Positions 56,901-64,000 of a stretch of DNA of 64,000 nt are shown one piece after another. Under the pieces are notes generated by a model. That model was not told the origin of the DNA, did not search any database, and saw nothing but the letters and a program-made list of their open reading frames with translations. Each line of letters opens with the position of its first letter. The stretch's first letter is position 1. The position numbers and the translations under genes were made by a program. Source of the stretch: Zootoca vivipara (Eukaryota); the NCBI RefSeq assembly GCF_963506605.1, contig NC_083280.1:42656001-42720000 (forward strand), in the 5' to 3' direction.

Positions 56901-59900
56901 TGAGATTTTGTATAACATGCAAACTCCAGGTGTCCTGCAGGCAGAGTGTATTGATTTGCCCCTTAGGTTAACTTATTCATATATACTAAGCTACAGTCAC
57001 AGGCCTCTTTCTTCCCTTTCTCCAGCCACAGAGCTTGCCGAGGCTAAACGGCACTTAGAAGCCAAGATCTATGATACACTGCAGTGGCAGGTGAGGCAGC
57101 ACCCCTACAGTTTTGCTTTGCTTGTTTTCTGCATCTAGGACTGGGACCCTGTGCTTATGAGGTTTGGAGTGTAACACTGTGGTTCGTAACAATGCTGCTT
57201 TCTCTGTCTTTCAGATCTGGACCCTTCTGCCTGGTTTCTGTAGCCAGCCTACCGATGTGGTATCCTCCTTCAAAGGACTGGCACGTACTTTGGGCATGGC
57301 CATCAGCGATCGTCCTGATCTGCGGCTCATCGTGTGCCAAGCTTTGCGCAGGCTAATTAACAAAGGCTGTCAAACAGGTAAGATCTGTCTGTGGAAGTGA
57401 CAATGCTCAGTTTACTCTAGCCAAGTCACTGTGGCTGGAGCTGTTTCTGGACTAGTTCTGCTTCTTGCTGAGGATGCAAGAGTGGAGAAAGAGGGGTAGA
57501 GAGCCTGGCAGGAGCCCTGCTGTCAATTCCAACATATTGAAGCATGCTTCACCAGCAACATCTTTCTTTCTTTCCTTCTCTTTGCAGAGGCCGAGCGTGC
57601 TGAACTCAGGCGTTTTGCAAAGAACTTCCTGCCCATTCTATTCAATGCGTATAGCCAGGAGGGTGGTGCCAGTGAAAGCCCTGTACAGCGGCGCTCTGTG
57701 TTGGACACTATCCGGGCCTACTTGACTGTGACGGAGCCAGAGGTGAGCAAATCTCTGTGAACGAGACTAGACTTCTGAGATCATCACCACTTGTTTTGTC
57801 ATTCTACCTGCATGGCAACCTTTCCTCTAGAAAGTGGGAAGCCAGCAGGGTTACTAGTTTCCAAATTCTCAAGATTTGATTTTCAGGGCTAATTTTAAAC
57901 TTTGTTTAATATTGTGTTTTCATTGTTGTAACCTGTTCCAGGCAGGACCTTGGAATGAAGGGTGAGTAACAGATTGTAATAGCAATAATTATCAATCATC
58001 TCATGTGGGCCGGCTCTATAAGTGAACAGCATTGCTAAGAACAACAACAACAACAACAATTTGTATGCTGTCCATTTGACTGGGGTGCCCCAGCCACTCT
58101 GGGCAGCTTCCAACAACCACAGCAAAACATCAATCCTTAAAAACTTCCCTATACAGGGATGCTTTCAAATGTCTTCTGAAAGTCAAATAGTTGTTTATTT
58201 CCTTGACATCTGATGAGAGGGTATTCCACAGGGCTGGCACCACTACCAAGAAGGCCCTCTGCTGGTTCCCTGCAACTTCACGTCTTGCAGGGAGGGAACT
58301 GCCAGAAGGCCCTTGAAGCTGGACCTCAAAGAAGGGCCATTCTCCTTATTTTAGCCTCTTAATACAATTAATATATTTTTGTAGTGATAAAACAGGATGG
58401 ATTGATGGGCAACAGTCTATACACATAAAAGACATTTTCCTTTTCTGTTGTAAGTCTCGCATATTAATATAAAAGCAGGTGGGTGGATGTGCAGAACACT
58501 GACTATCAGCTCAAAATGAAAAGCCCTTTGCTAGAAAGGCTTCTCACCTGCCGCTTTGGAATGTTCACTCTTCAAGGTCATAGCAGGGAACTGAAAGACT
58601 GCAGTGTTTGCTAGTATGGCTTCCAAAAGCACAAGTCAAAATGCTATTTAACCCTGAAGTGTTCACGCAGGTTTTATAGCTGAGTTCTCTTAGGCCTGAG
58701 TTCTCTTAGGTCAGATCCAAGATGGTTTGCACTTCTGCTTGCTTCAGACCAACTGGATACAAGCTGGTCACATCTCTAAGGTCTGCCAGTGCTAGGAGAG
58801 AGAGGGGGGATGTGTCTGTAGCTGGATGGATCTCAAACATTGGGGGGGGGGCAGGCCTTTCTCCATCAGGCCTAGGAGAATGGGGCCCTGACTGATTATA
58901 CCTACAAAAACTGAGGCTGCTCAGTTTAGTGGTTTTTGTTGGGGCAGGGTGCTACTGTTATTGATACTGATTTTTTTGTATCCTTTTAAAGATTTTATTA
59001 TGGTTTATGAGGCAATTGTTCAATTTGTGTACTTTTTGATGTTTATGACTACGTTTGGTTATATTTGTAATTATGTGTTTTCCCATGCTGGGAGCTGCCT
59101 TGCGCGTGGTTTGAACTATGGAAAGGCAGCATACAAATAAAACAATGTACGTGTAGTGCAAAAGGGAAGCTCTGGGGATGACACACTCTTTATCTCTCTT
59201 GCAGATGGTGCATGCTTTCCTAGAGAAAGCTAGTGAGAAACTGACCAGCTCTGATAGTTCAGAGTTCACTAGGTAAGGACACCCCAGAGTCCATCCTTTT
59301 CCATACAGTGGAGAAGAGTATCCTCAGATGGGTTGTGCTACCCACTTTTCTGTTACATAGGCCTATGTAAATCAATATTGTTTTCATCTGTCTGTGGAGT
59401 AAGCCCCTCTTTTGTCCCACACCTGTTAAGCTCCAGAGCACCTCATTGGTGGCCTGATTTTTTCTTCTGTTCCTCCCAGGTGCTCCCCTCTCCCTGCGAG
59501 TCAGAGAAGGCAGAGAGAGTGGGATGCACATTGCTTTTCCATTCCTGGCCCTAGTAATTGTGGAATCTTGTAGGTTTGCACTAATAAGTAGTTGGCTTTG
59601 TACTATTCCCAGGGAGAAGCAGAGTCCTAAAGATTAGCTTTTGTCTTCACGCTTGCTAACTGTGCCTTCCCTGTTGCAGGCTTTCTGTGTTGGACCTTGT
59701 TGTAGCCATGGCCCCTTACGCAGATGAGCCAACTCTGCATGATCTCTATAGCACCATCCAGCCCTCCTTACAGGTGAGCTGCCTTTCAGTTGGCTGTTGG
59801 AATGTATGCTGTAGAACATCGCAAGCTCCAGGCCTGCTAGCTTTGACCACCACAATCCCTGCTCTTCCTGAGAGTGCCATATTGACACCCTTAAAATCAG

Positions 59901-62900
59901 TTTAACTATTACATTTAGGGAGACAGTGTCTTAATCTGTTCAGAAGGAGGCTGCAGAGTTGTTTGACCTTATCCATATTACTTGCCTTCTTCTCCCCAAA
60001 GTTGTGTGGAAGCAGCAGGGCATATTTGTCTATGATCCATTGCTCTCCTGGTCAGGCATAATCAGATACTGTAATAACCTAGCTATCTGCTTTGGGCAAC
60101 CCTATGGTCTTTGTTTCATGTTGAGTGCCTATCCTCTTGCATTTTCGTGGCCACAGGGGTAACCTCCTAGGTGTTTTCCCAGCTGTGTGGGAGCTGCTTA
60201 TCCTTGAACATTTTCTCTGCAGCAAGGAGAATGTTCTGATGCTCCAACTGATGCTGATTCTGTGCAAAAGACTCATGTAATTGACCCTCACATTCCATAC
60301 ACTTGTGACATTTAAACAGTCTCTCAACCGCATGGAAACCACTGACAAATATTCAGCTCCTATGCAACTAAAATATCTAAAAGGGATTAATGGTCCTCAG
60401 GTCCCTTCTAACTTTGCAATTCTATGATTCTATAGATGGTTTCTAGAATACTCTCCCCCCCCCCCTTTTCCATATTGTGCAGGCTGAGAGCCTCTGTTCT
60501 TGTGTGCATGCAGTTTGTTTTTGCTAACTAATTTGTCTGGTATAATCTTCCTAGAACAAAGACCACAGGATACAGAAGAAGGCATATCGGGTGCTGGAGG
60601 AAATATGTGCCTCTGACAGACCTGCCTGTCAGAACTTTGTTAGAAGTCATCTGGAGGGGCTACAGAGTGCCCTACTAGGCTCTTTGCCCAGTGCCACTTC
60701 ACCTGCCAAGAGGGTAAGGAAGATGTCTGGGGAGAAGACACTTGTTGCTTTCCCCCCTGTAGTGGGTAGGGTGCTGAAGCACGGGTGGTGATAGAAATAA
60801 GAGATTGCTCTGCCTGCCTGTCTCTAACTCCACACTCCCATTCTTTGTTCCCAGCCCCGTTTGAAGTGCCTCTTCCATGTTGTCAAGCAACTCGCAGTGG
60901 AGCATGAGGATTTTGTTACTGCCCTGGTGCCAGAGGTGAGCAGAAAAGGCAGTGGCAGGCAGGGTGCTGAAGGAATGGGGAAAGTAGGTGGGCATTTGTG
61001 TCCGCAGAAGATGGGGAGAAATAGTACTTCTGGGGCTAGACGTGGGAGCATGCATGGAACTAAATCTTCATCTCCAAACAGAGCCAAGTTATGGTACAAG
61101 TTCTCCTATATTCTGAATCCCCACATCTTTCTGGCCTATAAATGGAATTTTCTCCTCTCCTGCCTGCTGCAAACAAACTCAAGCCCTTTGGCAAGTATAG
61201 CTCTGCAGCATGGTAATCCTCTCTCATTCCTTGCTTGCCTTGTTTCTTTTGCATTACAAACATCTTGTTCTCATGCTGTGAATAAGCTGTTGTAATTCAG
61301 AATTAGGAATTTTGCTTCTCTTACCATGCAATGAGGGAATAAATATATTCTCCCATCAGTGGAGGATGATACCCTATAGTGGATTGCTGCTCCCACTTAT
61401 TCTGACAGGCAGGGCATATGCAGTTTTGCATTAGTCCCTGACAGCTGGAAGTTACTGCCAGTTTCTGACCTGCCTGCTCTGCAGTGCTCCATCTTCAGGT
61501 TCACCTGATTTGCTCTCTTTTTTAAAAGCAATAAACTAGAAAAGTTTTCTCCCTCCTTGAATCTGAATTAGATAGCAACTGCCTTTGTGAAATCCTCAGA
61601 ACAAGAAGTTTCCTACTGCTGAAAGTGTTTTGTCTGTTGTCACACTTTAAAAAAAAAAGGTCAAGTTGATGGCTGTAGTTTTTGTGCTTGGGAAAGTCAT
61701 AGATTGGCTGGAGCTCTGATCTGGTAATGCATTTTAGACCAATGGCTTATATTTCAGTTCTCTCTGAAATCTGATGCTGATAATACAGTGATGTTGAAAA
61801 CTGTGGGGCAGAGGTGGTACGGGGTGATGACAGGTACCTTTGTATTTAGGTCATACTCTGCACCAAGGAGGTGTCGGTGGGTGCCCGCAAGAACGCTTAC
61901 AACTTACTTGTAGAGATTGGTCATGCTTTCCTGCGCTTTGGCCCCACACCAAACGGTGAGTCCTGGTTTGCCCACATGGGCTGTTTCCAAAAAGAGATGG
62001 AATTTGTTCCTCTGTGCCCCCTTTCTGTCAAAAGCTGTGTTGGCTCCTATATACACCTCTTCTATTTTTTACTACTGTACATTGCTTTGCATCTCTGCTT
62101 CATTTATTCCATTGATTTTAGTTAGCTCTCCTCTTATCACTGGTCCATGTAACTTCTTTTGAGTTTTTCCAGATTAGCCAAATTTTGCATTTAATTGCTG
62201 CATTGAGACCTGGCTGAACTTTGTGCAAACTGAAAATCTGTACATATTGATTTTTTGTGTGTGTAATTCTGTTTAGCAAAGGGCAGGGTACTGAAGTCTA
62301 ACCACCTGACTACTAGAAATCCTCCTTAATCTCCTGTTTCATAGATCTTATCAGGCAATGCCTACACATTTTTCAGATTATCCTTGAATCATAAGTACTA
62401 GAATTTTAAATTTGGCATCTGATATTAAATTCCACACTAATTAAAGAAATGCAGGATTCACTTAGCCTAGCCGAGGCTTTGAATATCCCAGTCTTCCACC
62501 CTTGCACTGTATAAAGCAGAACTCATTTAACATTTCAGATTGGTTCCTGCTTTCAGAAGAAGTGTTTTCAGTAGTCAGAACATGGGGTTTTTCCTGTTCT
62601 TCCTAATTCAGTGTCTTATAACTGTTGCCTGTTCCCTTCCCAATATTGCCTATCTACTATTGATATCTGTACTCTTGTCTTTTTGGTCTTTGATATTCCA
62701 GCTTACTCAGAGACCTGGATGTTAGCATTGTCTCCATAGTGCCTGGGTTCCTCTTTTGAAAACCTTTCATTCACATTGGGTTTTCTGCATCATTGTAGCC
62801 ATTTTGGGGGGGGAGAGCTCTTCAGCCCCAATGCTGCCTGTGTCGTATGGTTGGTATCATACTTTTAGCAGTTTCAGTGCAATAACCCTCAGCATTTATT

Positions 62901-64000
62901 CCCCCAGATGGAATGCAGCGATATCTCCTCCTGGTCTATGCGGGCTTGACCAGTTCAGTCACCATGATCAGTTGCACGGTGCTCGCTCTTGCCCGTTTGC
63001 TCTTTGAGTTCAAAGGTGAGAGATCTGAATGCAAAAAACTTGCTGGATAATGTTTATAGCCTCAGTAGTTTAGTACAGAATTCTCCTGCAATTTGCAGGC
63101 ACCAAAAGTTGGGAGGCACCAAACAGCATTTGGAGACTGCCATTTGAACTGAGCTTATTGCTTGGATGGACATGCTAATGAATATGTCTAAGGGTGACAT
63201 GAATGGTTGTATTTACTATCCTGAGCAGAGAGCTCTCTGCCCTTGGGGTTCCAATCACCACACCAGATGTAAGCGCTGTGAGGCCTGTGCTGGGTTGCTG
63301 CTGAGCAGGAAACTTGCTGAAAGTAATGAGAGCCCTCTGTTGTCTATCAGTAGAATCTGAAGAACTGAAGTATGTCTAAGATTAGCTTTACTCTACTGCA
63401 GAACACGTTGGGTCAGATGCCCTGGAGCAGCTCATGAAGCATGTCTGCCTCATAGTAGGCTCACGGACGCGGGATGTCGTCAAGTCAGCTTTGGGCTTCC
63501 TCAAGGTCGCACTCTTGCTCCTGGACACGGCACTGTTGAGTCGGCACTTGGAGACCATGGTGAGAAGAGGAAATGCACTAGGGGAGCCTGTAGGAAGGAA
63601 GGTTTCTGGGAATAAGAGTAGCCTAGTTTGCGTAACTTAAAGAGAGTGATGCAGAAAGGTGCCTGAATTGTTGGAACCTATTTCTGCCCAATGTCTGTCT
63701 AGTTCCTGACTCAGAGTTCATGGGTATATATTGGAATTAATGATCCACTCTTTTCCCAGCTTTGGTGAGGTGTTGTGCCACTTCTAGTTCTGTTGGGAAG
63801 CAGTAGAAGCCCGGGGAGGGGGGCAAGTTTGCACACATGCATGAGAGAGAGAACAAAGGGAATTGTATTTCATGCAAGGTTTGGTGGTGGTGGTGGGGCA
63901 TCAAAATTCTAAAGCTTGTGCTCTGCTTACAGTTAGAAGCCATAGGAGGATTGACAGACGACATGAGACGCCATTTCCGCATGAAGCTGCGAAACCTCCT
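47911..64000 (+). CDS. RRP12: RRP12-like ribosome biogenesis protein (NUC173/HEAT repeats); 3'-partial
   Basis: 26 exons in frame: 47911-48049, 48663-48904, 49867-49950, 50993-51069, 52284-52389, 52828-52944, 53203-53341, 53490-53617, 53939-54037, 54249-54340, 54430-54541, 55088-55188, 55284-55398, 55687-55829, 56325-56446, 57026-57090, 57215-57377, 57588-57742, 59205-59272, 59680-59773, 60555-60713, 60855-60935, 61850-61955, 62908-63015, 63402-63559, 63933->64000. [28 protein letters not shown]; [24 protein letters not shown]. Confidence 0.96.
50603..50738. mobile_element. 136-bp hAT MITE
   Basis: TIR CAGGCATCCCCAAACT / AGTTTGGGGATGCCTG; 8-bp TSD AGCCAGCA (50595-50602, 50739-50746). Confidence 0.92.
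51398..51644. mobile_element. hAT (Charlie-like) MITE
   Basis: TAGGGGTCAGCAAACT ... AGTTTGGGAACCCTG imperfect TIRs. Confidence 0.65.
52013..52227. mobile_element. Tigger-like MITE remnant
   Basis: AGTCATACTTTGGATCTTGAACG ... CGTTCAACTTCCAAGGTAC; CpG-rich interior with CGAA motifs. Confidence 0.6.
58040..58330 (-). mobile_element. L2-like LINE 3' fragment with (CAA)n tail
   Basis: Reverse complement of 14640-14798, extending further into the element. Confidence 0.6.

Overview
Vertebrate genomic DNA, most likely a squamate (lacertid-type lizard, judged from the Sauria SINE and the repeat landscape). It holds a compact housekeeping-gene cluster with the same gene order I recall for human 10q24.1: MMS19 (+, exon 1 lies upstream of the window), ZDHHC16 (-, complete), EXOSC1 (+, complete), PGAM1 (-, complete) and RRP12 (+, runs off the 3' end). 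Exons were reconstructed by hand from GT-AG boundaries and frame continuity. Most entries in the six-frame ORF track are exon read-throughs or repeat artefacts. Introns are densely filled with SINEs, RTE/L2/CR1 LINE fragments and many DNA-transposon MITEs (hAT with 8-bp TSDs, Tigger/Tc2-like with TA TSDs). The most unusual structure is a 1.6-kb TA-flanked foldback-like transposon in PGAM1 intron 2, built from two oppositely oriented arrays of a GC-rich 73-bp unit that form a ~350-bp inverted repeat. Also notable: U12-type introns in both ZDHHC16 and EXOSC1, which share a bidirectional promoter; a spliced uORF and a candidate 36-nt 5'UTR micro-exon in ZDHHC16; a triple CAG acceptor; and a candidate in-frame 150-nt exon in MMS19. 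I found no convincing evidence for an entirely new gene system.
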